Positions 44,548 to 52,988 of a stretch of 56,300 nucleotides of DNA are shown here, piece after piece; the first letter of the stretch is position 1, and each line of letters opens with the position of its first letter. Origin of the DNA: a virus (Duplodnaviria; Caudoviricetes); the IMG/VR virus record IMGVR_UViG_3300042447_000704, positions 1 through 56,300 of that record; one strand, 5' to 3'. Under the pieces are notes generated by a model. It was not told the origin of the DNA and did not search any database. It was given only the letters and a program-made list of their open reading frames with translations. The position numbers and the translations under genes were made by a program.

Positions 44548-46454
44548 TCTGGAGCCCCTTGCTGTTGCGCCGTCTGAGCCATCTGCTGTTGTGCAGCGGC
44601 CTGCTCTTGCATCAGGCGTTTAATTTCCTCGGGGGCGGGAACCACTTTGTCGACATCAATGTTCAGTGTCTTAGCCTGCTCTCTCAGCAAGTAAGCCCTG
44701 CGCTCGGGCGTGACAATCTGGGTATCGACGGGGTTCAGCACAGAGGCGAGGAATTCAGTACGCCTAGCGTGAATTTGATCCTTCATTAGAGTAGCTACCA
44801 CGCCCGTTGCGACGATCTGCGCATCCGCCTTGATGGACGGATCTTTGTCGTAAATCATCAGGTGGTTGTACAGGCGGGTAAGCGTTTCGGTGACCCCGCC
44901 GTCAAGTGCGAGAATCGCCGACTTGATTCCTTTGGCCGCGTTTTCCATCAGCATACTTAGGCCAGATGCTGTGCGCCCTGCTCCGCTGACAGCGCTCGAT
45001 CCGTAGACGTAGTTCGGCACGCCAGTCACTTCGTCTGCCACCTTTTGAAAGTACGTGTAGACGTTCAGCAGAGGCTCTGCATTCATATTCGGCTGCCAGA
45101 AACGAACAGCCGGCTGGCCGGAGCCGCTACGGTCAGCAGTGGTCTGCCAGATTCCCCACGGCACCATCTCAGTGATCTGCTGGCCCTTTGCTAACCTGTC
45201 CACGCTGATCTCAGCCTGCGGGCCGGATGCCAGACTCATGTTGTTTGCAAGAGCGCGTGCAGCTGCATTGCACATCGACTGGATGTCGCGCATCAGTTCG
45301 GGCAGGGCCTTACCAGCGAATGCGCCGGGGATCGTCTCCCAGCACTCTTTGGAGTACGGACGGCGGCCCAGAGGGTCCTGATTCAGCCTGCAAAGGATGA
45401 CGTGAGGGCCAAACATCCACGCGTTGACCTCGTACTCCCTGTAGGGCTCTACGTCCTTCATGCCCCACTCCCTGAGCATCGAGCCCGAAACAGATCCCCA
45501 GAAGTTGATGCCCTCAATGAGGTCTGTAGAGGAGTTGGCGTAAGAAGAGCGGCCCTTGAGCATCGTCTGTTCAACATCGCTGAACAGGTACTCGCGTAGT
45601 CCACCGCGCCCATAGGCGTCGATTGCCGCCTCGACTTCGCTGTTGTTCACGCCCGGCATGTCGATCATTGCCGCCAGAGCAGCGCGGGTCATCTTGATTC
45701 TTTCGATGAAGTAGCCCTCTTGAGGGTTTGTAGCGTTCGGGGACCAGAAGGCGTCGTAGGGGTTGATACGCTCGAAGTCCAAAGCCACCACTTCATCGAC
45801 GACGGGCTTGAAATTCTTCGACCACTTCAGCTGCCGGCGGCGACGAACGATCGGGCCCTTCAGGATCGAGAACGGGTAGGTAGTGAAGTCGTATATCAGT
45901 TCGGATATGACTTTGGCCCAGCCCGATTCTTCTAGGATGTCGTCCATACGGCTGATCATCCGGCCAGTCGCTTCGCGCGTTTGCTCGCCAATCTTTTTGG
46001 TGACCTCGGAATAGATTTCATCCATCCGCAGTTCGATCACATCGGGGCTGATCGTCATCCCCTGAGACTGGACTTCCATCGCCTCGCGCACAACGGTCGA
46101 GATGATCCCCTCTCGGAACTCAGGAGGAACGGATGGCTCTGTGGTCGGGGTCAGCGACCACGTCCGGTCAGACGACAGCATCACGTCTTTGATCCAGCTT
46201 TCAGCTGCTCGGCACTTAACGTCGGTCAGCATCATGAAGATGTCTGTTCCGCCCTGCTCGGAGATTTCCATCCGCTTGTCTGGGTCGTACTCGCCCCGAC
46301 GCTGGCGCTCACAGCGCAGTAGACGCTCCGTCAAAACCTGCTTTGCGGTCTTAGCTTCATCCCAGCACTTATCGATATAGGCTGACAAAGACCCAATGAT
46401 CTCGGCAGGGATGTCCATCGCCTGCGGGGGGCGTCCCAAACTGGTCTGCAACAT
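44544..46454 (-). CDS. Portal protein
   Basis: 636 aa directly after TerL; GAGRTASGLSMLMENA, ARALANNMSLASGPQ. Confidence 0.85.
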   Translation of the reverse strand: MLQTSLGRPPQAMDIPAEIIGSLSAYIDKCWDEAKTAKQVLTERLLRCERQRRGEYDPDKRMEISEQGGTDIFMMLTDVKCRAAESWIKDVMLSSDRTWSLTPTTEPSVPPEFREGIISTVVREAMEVQSQGMTISPDVIELRMDEIYSEVTKKIGEQTREATGRMISRMDDILEESGWAKVISELIYDFTTYPFSILKGPIVRRRRQLKWSKNFKPVVDEVVALDFERINPYDAFWSPNATNPQEGYFIERIKMTRAALAAMIDMPGVNNSEVEAAIDAYGRGGLREYLFSDVEQTMLKGRSSYANSSTDLIEGINFWGSVSGSMLREWGMKDVEPYREYEVNAWMFGPHVILCRLNQDPLGRRPYSKECWETIPGAFAGKALPELMRDIQSMCNAAARALANNMSLASGPQAEISVDRLAKGQQITEMVPWGIWQTTADRSGSGQPAVRFWQPNMNAEPLLNVYTYFQKVADEVTGVPNYVYGSSAVSGAGRTASGLSMLMENAAKGIKSAILALDGGVTETLTRLYNHLMIYDKDPSIKADAQIVATGVVATLMKDQIHARRTEFLASVLNPVDTQIVTPERRAYLLREQAKTLNIDVDKVVPAPEEIKRLMQEQAAAQQQMAQTAQQQGAPE

Positions 46455-46470
46455 TTGCTGTCCCTAAGAT

Positions 46471-47913
46471 TTACGCCCACGCGGCGCGTCGTTTTTGGAT
46501 TGGCTGGGCCCGGACGGGGTTCATCTCTGCTCGCATCTGCAAACAGCCGTACTGGAGGGCGTCGTGAACGTGACTGAACTTGTCTTTGACGGGGCGGTCT
46601 TTGAACTTCGTTGCGCCAGACGCGCGGATTCGCTCGTATCGGTAGCCGCCGTTGAATCCCTTACGGAGCATTCGGCACTTCTCATCGAGCAAGAAGCCGG
46701 GCTCGCCGCCCGCCGCTCTTTGAAGGAAGAAGGCAACGGACTCGCGTCTGGCAACGAACTCATTGGTCGCAGCTGGCTCGCAAACCATCCCCATCTCCAA
46801 CAACTCCTGCATGCAGGTCTTCTCATTGGTCTGGGAGCGGATCGTTCCAGCTGGGTCGCCACACGCCTCGATACGGAAGCCGGAGTAATTGGCCTGAATC
46901 TCCGGGACAACCACCTCCGAGTAGAACTGGCGGATGCCCATATCCTCGGAGACAAGCTCGTTCAAAACTAGAAGTTGCCCCCTCGGAGACATCTGCAAGA
47001 ACGTGCAAGCAGGGGTAAGACCAAAGTCGAACGACAGGACGATTGGCAGGCCTCTAATGGGCTCCAAAGGGGCTTTGGCGAAGTGGAAGTCTTCCTTCCA
47101 TTCCGGATAGACGGGCTTGCCGTCCATAGTTGTTCCGTACGTCCCGCAAAGGAAGACTCGAATCCAGTCCTCAGTCTTTCCTGCGACCTGCCTTAGGTAG
47201 TACTCGTACCCGTTTGGCAGGTTGTGCGCGTTCTCAGCAGCGGAGTTCGGCAGGTATTCCCCGAAGGTCGGGCTCTCATCGTCGGCGTCGAAGTACAACC
47301 CGCCGGGCTGCTTAAAGAGCTTGTAGCCTTTGGGCTTGTCTTCTTCAAAGATTTTGTACCACCAGCTGTCGTCGTCAGGTGGGTTGGTGTCCAGAATGAC
47401 GCCGGTCCACGTCGGGCCACCATTTCGGAGGGCGGGATATCGGCCAACCCGCTGGGTCAACATATCGAGGACCGCCTTCTCCATCAGCCCAGCCTCATTC
47501 ATCCACGCGCCCGTCAACTCCAGAGAGCGCATCTTTCCGGCGTCGTCTGGGCGGTCCATAGCTAAGAACAGCACCTCGATGTCCAGACCCGTACCGTCTC
47601 CGATATCACCGATTGATATCGTCGAAGTGATGGGGCTGTCCCACTTCATCGTGCAGATGGGCCCGAACCAGTCGGTCCACGTCTTGATGGTCGTGCTTTT
47701 TAGCTCTGGGTAGGTCGACCTCAGGATCGCCCATCGAGAGCTTCTGCGACCATCGGGGCCCGGCTTTTGCTCGAGGGCGCGTGTCAGGATCTCGACGCAA
47801 CAGGACGAGCTTTTGCCTGACCCTACGGGCCCCATCAGTCCCCTGACAAAGCTGTTGTCAGCGTGGAATGACTTTGCGACCTCGCCGGGCGGCTGGTAGG
47901 CAACTAAGCTCAC
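46471..47913 (-). CDS. terL: Terminase large subunit
   Basis: GPVGSGKS, AWMNEA, DTNPP, SFDFGLTPA, GDPAG, SHVHDALQY. Confidence 0.93.
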   Translation of the reverse strand: MSLVAYQPPGEVAKSFHADNSFVRGLMGPVGSGKSSSCCVEILTRALEQKPGPDGRRSSRWAILRSTYPELKSTTIKTWTDWFGPICTMKWDSPITSTISIGDIGDGTGLDIEVLFLAMDRPDDAGKMRSLELTGAWMNEAGLMEKAVLDMLTQRVGRYPALRNGGPTWTGVILDTNPPDDDSWWYKIFEEDKPKGYKLFKQPGGLYFDADDESPTFGEYLPNSAAENAHNLPNGYEYYLRQVAGKTEDWIRVFLCGTYGTTMDGKPVYPEWKEDFHFAKAPLEPIRGLPIVLSFDFGLTPACTFLQMSPRGQLLVLNELVSEDMGIRQFYSEVVVPEIQANYSGFRIEACGDPAGTIRSQTNEKTCMQELLEMGMVCEPAATNEFVARRESVAFFLQRAAGGEPGFLLDEKCRMLRKGFNGGYRYERIRASGATKFKDRPVKDKFSHVHDALQYGCLQMRAEMNPVRAQPIQKRRAAWA

Positions 47914-48128
47914 TTGTCGCTCATGTTCTTTCGCGGAGACCGCAGGCGCAGATTGCCAGTCGTGGACTTCCCGCCCTTTCGGATTGGAGTCTTGTGGTCA
48001 ATGTGCATGCCGTCTCGGTCTATGCCTTTTTGGTCATAAAGCCGTCGGGCTTTCTGTCGCTCCAGCTGGTCATCGGTCTCGCCGCGACGCTTCTGTAGCT
48101 GGTACTCGTGCTTCCAATCCCGCTTCAT
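47910..48128 (-). CDS. Small HNH endonuclease
   Basis: HIDHKTPIRKGG...NLRL...N; coupled to terL. Confidence 0.75.
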   Translation of the reverse strand: MKRDWKHEYQLQKRRGETDDQLERQKARRLYDQKGIDRDGMHIDHKTPIRKGGKSTTGNLRLRSPRKNMSDK

Positions 48129-48376
48129 CAGCACTTCCACGCCCTGAGAGACTTGTTGATCCGGCTGTTCGGGTCTTTGGCGGTCTTTTCGCTCGTCAAC
48201 TTCTTCTTCATGCCTTCCATCCGAGCGCAAAAGCTGTCCTTGCGCGGGCCGCCTTCTGGCTGCGGTGGCTTCAGATTGCCGCCGGTTGATTTGTTGTAAG
48301 AGGAGCGCCCTTTGGCATTCAGTCCGCCATCGGGGTCTTTGCCCTCTTTGCGTGTCCACGCGGGTGTCTTGCTCAT
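48128..48376 (-). CDS. Basic conserved phage protein (DUF6321-like)
   Basis: GGLNAKGR...RKDSFCARM...DPNSRINKSLRAWKC. Confidence 0.75.
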   Translation of the reverse strand: MSKTPAWTRKEGKDPDGGLNAKGRSSYNKSTGGNLKPPQPEGGPRKDSFCARMEGMKKKLTSEKTAKDPNSRINKSLRAWKC

Positions 48377-48726
48377 TTCTTGTAGTTCCACGGGTCAATA
48401 AGGCCGCCTCGGGCGAACTCTTTGCGCACAGACACACCAGCGCCCTTTGAATTCTTGAACCTGCTGGAGCCCTCAACAGAGACCCACGGCTCGACGCTGA
48501 CTCCATCGCCCACACGAACCGAAGTCGATGCCTTTGCGAACCCAGTAACTCCAGCAGGCCCGCCCTTACCACCAACAGCTATCAGCCTCGATGGGGGGCC
48601 GTCGGAGTCATCCTGATAGGAACCGACGTTGTCTCGCTCAGCAAGACGTTGGTTGATGGGGCGATCATCATCGGGGGCTTTCTTGCCTACGAATCCGCCC
48701 GAGTTCATCTTCTTCGGTCTAGCCAT
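48373..48726 (-). CDS. Hypothetical protein (117 aa)
   Basis: Coupled overlaps; MNSGGFV and FARGGLI motifs. Confidence 0.6.
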   Translation of the reverse strand: MARPKKMNSGGFVGKKAPDDDRPINQRLAERDNVGSYQDDSDGPPSRLIAVGGKGGPAGVTGFAKASTSVRVGDGVSVEPWVSVEGSSRFKNSKGAGVSVRKEFARGGLIDPWNYKK

Positions 48727-48955
48727 CTCTGTACTCCGGTGGCAGATGCCTGCCTAACTTTTCGGCCCAATACGCGCTCTCGCAGTGCGTCGCATGCCAG
48801 AAGAACATCCAGTCCAACAACCTCACCAGAAGCCCCCACAGAGGCTCTGAGCGCCTCCTGTAGGCCCTTGCGGATAAAGACTCATCCGCATACCCGCCCA
48901 GCATCGCATTGAGCAATTGATCAATAGCCAGAGCCACGTTGAACAGGTAGCTCAT
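48719..48955 (-). CDS. Conserved-looking phage hypothetical protein
   Basis: IDQLLNAMLGGYADESLSARAYR...HC. Confidence 0.7.
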   Translation of the reverse strand: MSYLFNVALAIDQLLNAMLGGYADESLSARAYRRRSEPLWGLLVRLLDWMFFWHATHCESAYWAEKLGRHLPPEYRDG

Positions 48956-49097
48956 AGCGGGGGGCTGAAATTTTTAGACAGAGTCGGACTTTTGCAGAGC
49001 GAGTTCGCAATGGGTCCGATGGGGGGGTGGTCTGGTGCGAGAGCGACGTAGAGTGGTATGGAACCAACGCCCGCGCGCCTAGCCCATTTGGTCCCGC

Positions 49098-49193
49098 AGC
49101 CCACAGTCAGCGGCACACTAAGGCCGCGCGTGTAGCCCACAGTCAGCGGCGCTGCTAATACTGGGCTGCGCGTGTAGCCCACAATCAGCCGGC
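49098..49193. repeat. Three direct repeats (GCGCGTGT)AGCCCACAGTCAGCGGC
   Basis: Copies at 49098-49114, 49126-49150 and 49168-49193 (third imperfect). Confidence 0.85.
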
Positions 49194-49874
49194 CTTCTGG
49201 CGACGATCCGATTGTGAGTCGGATGATGGTCCAGCAATGGAGCGGGTCTCCGGGGTGATGTCGATCGTTCTGTTGGGAACACCCAGCTGAAACGTCACTT
49301 GCCCGCTGGTTTCGACTAGCTGTTTCTCCCCGTACTTCTGGGGTTTCAGCTTAGAAGCGATCCATTTCCGGGTCTCGATGCGCAGCTTCGCTGCCTGCAC
49401 GGCGGCGATCGAGTCGGTGCCCTCGGTCTGGTCGGCGATCTCGAGCAGGTCGTCGGCCATCGTGTCGGTGCGATCTTCATGCGCTTGCGCGTACCTTCTC
49501 GCGAAGTCGGGCTGAGTTCGCATCCAACCGTAGACAACGAATGCCGATCGACCTGTCTGCCTGCACCAGCTGCTGAGGCTGTGACCGTTGGTGATCCACT
49601 CACAGAGAGCATCGCCCTCCTCTGTCGTATAGCTGGCAGGCCGGTGGGCTGGGAGCTTCTCTCCCCTCTCCTGTAGCTCTCTCACCTGCTCTTCTGCTCT
49701 CTCTTGTCTGAGAGCCTTTAGCTGCTCCGCCAGACTATCGGCCGCCAATTTTTCTGTGAGCCTGTCGCGCTCGTGTTCCAGATCAAAGGCCTGACGGGAA
49801 AGCTCCTTCTTCAGAGCTTGAAGCTCCTCCGACTTGATCTCCCCCTTCGTTTGCTGGCCGTCGACCTTCGGCAT
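49185..49874 (-). CDS. terS: Terminase small subunit (Sf6-like) with N-terminal coiled coil
   Basis: YTTEEGDALCEWITNGHSL...FARRYAQA...ADDLLEIAD...LRIETRKWIASKLKPQKYG. Confidence 0.85.
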   Translation of the reverse strand: MPKVDGQQTKGEIKSEELQALKKELSRQAFDLEHERDRLTEKLAADSLAEQLKALRQERAEEQVRELQERGEKLPAHRPASYTTEEGDALCEWITNGHSLSSWCRQTGRSAFVVYGWMRTQPDFARRYAQAHEDRTDTMADDLLEIADQTEGTDSIAAVQAAKLRIETRKWIASKLKPQKYGEKQLVETSGQVTFQLGVPNRTIDITPETRSIAGPSSDSQSDRRQKAG

Positions 49875-49875
49875 C

Positions 49876-50046
49876 TCAGCAGCCCTTCTTGCTCATCGAT
49901 CCGACCTTGCCGCCCTTGCTGTAGCCCATCGCTTTGTGTTCAGCCTTCTCGTGATCCATCACCTTCTTCGGGGCACCACCCTTTCGCAGGTACTTCATCT
50001 CATCGGCCGCCATTTTTTTCGATTCGACGGGAGGCTTTTTCTTCAT
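49876..50046 (-). CDS. Small K/M-rich protein (56 aa; absent from the ORF track)
   Basis: Hand-translated MKKKPPVESKKMAADEMKYLRKGGAPKKVMDHEKAEHKAMGYSKGGKVGSMSKKGC; stop 1 nt before terS. Confidence 0.65.
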   Translation of the reverse strand: MKKKPPVESKKMAADEMKYLRKGGAPKKVMDHEKAEHKAMGYSKGGKVGSMSKKGC

Positions 50047-50103
50047 CGAGGTCACCGTAACGTATTGTTTTTGAAGGGATTGAAAGATTCTTTTGATTAC
50101 CGC

Positions 50104-50132
50104 TTGACATTACCTTTGGGTAGGCTCAGAAT
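50104..50132 (+). promoter_or_regulatory. Sigma70 early promoter overlapped by an operator-like site
   Basis: TTGACA-17 nt-CAGAAT, AT-rich upstream; ATTACC-TTTG-GGTAGG at 50109-50124. Confidence 0.7.
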
Positions 50133-50140
50133 TCGTTCAC

Positions 50141-50401
50141 GGTCGCAGCAAACGACCCGGTTACTACCCGGCACCAAAGAACGGGAACGGCGCTGAGCCA
50201 AGAACCTCAGCAACTCGACAGGATCGAGCGTGCGGTCAGACGACAGACCCCTAGGAAACAAAGCATCACCATCAAGCAGTGGGCGGCTGCAACAGCCGTC
50301 CGCTCGGTGAGCCTCTTCAACAGGGGTTCAGCGAGCGGATTGACCCGCATTCAACCCTACCCCGCCGAGCCGGCTGCACAAGCAGCGTTGCGCTGGTCGG
50401 C
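50141..50401 (+). ncRNA. Hairpin-rich untranslated leader
   Basis: About 8 consecutive stem-loops between the promoter and the first RBS (AGGAG). Confidence 0.45.
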
Positions 50402-50422
50402 AAACACTTAGGAGTGAACGGA

Positions 50423-50674
50423 ATGAGTGGCTTCGCGATCTTTCAGAGCTTCCCCATCTACGACAACCGTGACGGCATCGTCGGCACCCTAATCGAGCAG
50501 GTTTCCGAGTACGTGTACGAGACGGAGGCCCTTGCACACCGCTTCGTCCCTAGCGGCTACGACGAAGACGGCCAGTGTTTGGAGACCGACTTCTACGTCG
50601 CTAACACCAGCACCCCCCGCAAGCGCCTGCACCGATACGTCGCCGACGTGTACGCAGACGACATCCCTTTCTGA
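50423..50674 (+). CDS. First early protein (83 aa) ending DDIPF
   Basis: RBS TAGGAG, ATG at 50423. Confidence 0.7.
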   Translation: MSGFAIFQSFPIYDNRDGIVGTLIEQVSEYVYETEALAHRFVPSGYDEDGQCLETDFYVANTSTPRKRLHRYVADVYADDIPF

Positions 50675-50685
50675 GGAGAGCCGGA

Positions 50686-50889
50686 ATGAACTACATCGAA
50701 CGGCTACAGATCGAGGTCGCTCAGCACGAGCGGGCGGCCACTGCCAGACAGGAACGGTTCGCCGAACTGCGGCGGCACCTGAGCCTGCCGAAATTCCAGC
50801 CCCAGCAGGACGGCAGCCGGGGCGACTGGATCAGCACCGCCGACGTGCAGCGATGGCTGCGATACATCGAAGAGGGAGATCACTCGTGA
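50686..50889 (+). CDS. Early hypothetical protein
   Basis: RBS GAGGAG. Confidence 0.7.
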   Translation: MNYIERLQIEVAQHERAATARQERFAELRRHLSLPKFQPQQDGSRGDWISTADVQRWLRYIEEGDHS

Positions 50890-51180
50890 TTTACACCAAC
50901 CTGTGGGAAATGATCACCGAGACCGAGAAGCGAAGCACTGAGCAGAGTATGAGCTTCACGCCAGAGGAGCTTCGGTTCCTACGGCGGGGGCTGATGTACC
51001 TGTCCGACAAGACGTGGGATCAGTGCCACGCGATGAAGGATGAGGAGTTCCGGCTCGATCTTCGCAAGAGGGCCGATGCGATCGACGCCCTGCTGGACCG
51101 CGTTGACGGGGCTCTGTCGGCGAGGCGTTAAACAGGCCCAACCAATGGCTGCGATACATCGAAAACGGAGATCACTCATG
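50853..51180 (+). repeat. 36-bp direct repeats at 50853-50888 and 51145-51180
   Basis: ATGGCTGCGATACATCGAAnAnGGAGATCACTCrTG, 33/36 identical. Confidence 0.9.
50886..51131 (+). CDS. Early hypothetical protein flanked by 36-bp repeats
   Basis: GTG start after GGGAG. Confidence 0.6.
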   Translation: MIYTNLWEMITETEKRSTEQSMSFTPEELRFLRRGLMYLSDKTWDQCHAMKDEEFRLDLRKRADAIDALLDRVDGALSARR

Positions 51181-51321
51181 AGCAACTGGCAAACCCCGGT
51201 ACGAGGCGACAACGACTCCGAGTACCAAATCTATCTGGCATGCGCCGATGACGGTAAGGGCGGCGATATCACCCGAGGCGGTGCCCCGCTCCTCACGTAC
51301 GAGGAATGGCTGAACGCCTAA
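51178..51321 (+). CDS. Small early protein (47 aa)
   Basis: RGDNDSEYQIYLACA...TYEEWL; RBS GGAG. Confidence 0.65.
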   Translation: MSNWQTPVRGDNDSEYQIYLACADDGKGGDITRGGAPLLTYEEWLNA

Positions 51322-51370
51322 CCCAATGGCCGCTCGCGCGGCCATATCCAATCCCTACAGGAGGTTGACG

Positions 51371-51484
51371 ATGACTGAGTTGTATGAGGTTTGGCTGATC
51401 GCAGCCGTCTGCTGGGCGACCGGCTTTATCAGTGCAGGCGTCCTGATCGATGCCCGCCGTGACAACGAAGGAGAGCAGGAATGA
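51371..51484 (+). CDS. Small membrane peptide (37 aa)
   Basis: RBS AGGAGG; VWLIAAVCWATGFISAGVLI. Confidence 0.55.
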   Translation: MTELYEVWLIAAVCWATGFISAGVLIDARRDNEGEQE

Positions 51485-51684
51485 GACGGACCAAACGAGC
51501 AGTGAAGCGTGACGCTCATGACGTGCTGGCGGCGATCGTCGGCTTCGAGGTTGTCGTCGTATGGGGCGGCGAGCTTTTCACCCACCTCGCGCTGAACGAA
51601 CGCGAGGCCCGCGACTGGGCGGCGCAGTACCGCGACGTGGCGCAATCGATTCGCATCTGGGCCGGCAATCGGCTCTTCGCATAA
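51481..51684 (+). CDS. Early hypothetical protein
   Basis: ATGA overlap. Confidence 0.6.
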   Translation: MRRTKRAVKRDAHDVLAAIVGFEVVVVWGGELFTHLALNEREARDWAAQYRDVAQSIRIWAGNRLFA

Positions 51685-51696
51685 CAGGGGAACGAC

Positions 51697-52029
51697 ATGA
51701 CACCGAGCATCAAGAAGCTGGCTGAGGTATTCGGAGACAACGCGAAGCAGGCGAAGGCCGTCCTGCTGATGACCCGCAAGGAACTGGCCGAGACCCCCGC
51801 CGGAGCGGCCCGGATCGCCGAGTGCTATCACCCGCCGGCAACGTCCGACCTACGGATGACGGTCCTGAACGAACTGGCCGGCACGCACGGTGTCGAGGCG
51901 TTCGAGACCAGCGCAGGCTGGTGCGAGTACCTCAATGCCGGCGACACGTATGCCGCGACTCTGGTCCGGTTCAGAGGCAACTACCGCATCGCCTGCTGGG
52001 GCGATATCGCAGAACGCTACGCAGCCTGA
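51697..52029 (+). CDS. Conserved-looking early phage protein
   Basis: GTHGVEAF...YLNAGDTYAATL...CWGDIAE. Confidence 0.7.
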   Translation: MTPSIKKLAEVFGDNAKQAKAVLLMTRKELAETPAGAARIAECYHPPATSDLRMTVLNELAGTHGVEAFETSAGWCEYLNAGDTYAATLVRFRGNYRIACWGDIAERYAA

Positions 52030-52030
52030 C

Positions 52031-52058
52031 AACCCCCGCTTCGGCGGGTTTTTTGTTT
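52031..52058 (+). terminator. Intrinsic terminator
   Basis: CCCGC-TTCG-GCGGG followed by TTTTTTGTTT. Confidence 0.8.
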
Positions 52059-52071
52059 GAGGAGAGAACAG

Positions 52072-52935
52072 ATGGACATCGCACAATTGATCACCGATCG
52101 CATCATCGCCGAGCTTGAGTCGGGCGTAGCCCCGTGGGTCAGGCCGTGGTCGCACGTGGCAGGCACCCCGACCCGGGGCGTGCCCTACAACCCGGTCAGC
52201 AAGACGGTCTATCGAGGCGTCAACCGTTTCTGGCTATCGATGATGCCCAGCGCCAGTCAGCACTGGCTGACCTTCAAGCAGGCCCAGTCAATCGGTGGCT
52301 GCGTCCGTAAGGGCGAGAAGGGCACGCCGATCGTGTTCTGGCAGATCAACCAGCGCACAAAAGAGGGCGAGTCGGGAGAAGAGACCCTGACGACCTCAGT
52401 CCTGCTGAAGCACTACACCGTGTTCAGCATCGAGCAGTGCGACGGGCTGAACCTGCCCGAGATCGATAGGTCGGTCGAGGAGATCGTCCAGCACGAGACG
52501 GTCGACTCTGTCGTCGATCGGCTGCGCCTGCGAGGCGGGCTGTTCCACGGGGGCGACGGTGCGTTCTACACGCCCAGCCGTGACTGCATCACGATGCCCT
52601 ATCAAAAGGCGTTCAACTCACTGGCCGACTATCAAGCGACCCTGCTTCACGAGGCGGTCCACGCTACCGGCCACGAGTCCCGGCTGAATCGTCTGACACC
52701 CCAGCGCTTCGGCACAGAAGGCTACGCATACGAAGAACTCGTTGCCGAACTGGGTGCCGCGATGTTGTGCGCCCAGTGCGGTGTCGACGGCCAACTCCAG
52801 CACAGCAGCTACATCGAAAGCTGGCTGCGTGCCTTAAAGGGCGACAAGAAGTTCATCTTGCAAGCATCGGCCCACGCTCAGAAGGCGCTGGACTGGATCG
52901 GCCAACAGGAGCAGGCAGTGCTGCTCGCCGCTTAA
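52072..52935 (+). CDS. ardC: ArdC-like antirestriction ssDNA-binding protein
   Basis: ITDRIIAELESGVAPWVRPW, YRGVN, WLTFKQA, VRKGEKG, LLHEAVHATGH, YAYEELVAELGA, YIESWL. Confidence 0.9.
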   Translation: MDIAQLITDRIIAELESGVAPWVRPWSHVAGTPTRGVPYNPVSKTVYRGVNRFWLSMMPSASQHWLTFKQAQSIGGCVRKGEKGTPIVFWQINQRTKEGESGEETLTTSVLLKHYTVFSIEQCDGLNLPEIDRSVEEIVQHETVDSVVDRLRLRGGLFHGGDGAFYTPSRDCITMPYQKAFNSLADYQATLLHEAVHATGHESRLNRLTPQRFGTEGYAYEELVAELGAAMLCAQCGVDGQLQHSSYIESWLRALKGDKKFILQASAHAQKALDWIGQQEQAVLLAA

Positions 52936-52940
52936 ACCAC

Positions 52941-52966
52941 ACGGGGCTTCGGCCCCGTTCTCTTTT
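52941..52966 (+). terminator. Intrinsic terminator
   Basis: ACGGGGC-TTCG-GCCCCGT followed by TCTCTTTT. Confidence 0.7.
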
Positions 52967-52988
52967 GACACTGGTTGAAAGGACCGGA

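Noticed and set aside
49098-49193. Mini-CRISPR array
   Set aside because: Only three unequal, degenerate repeats with 11-17 nt gaps
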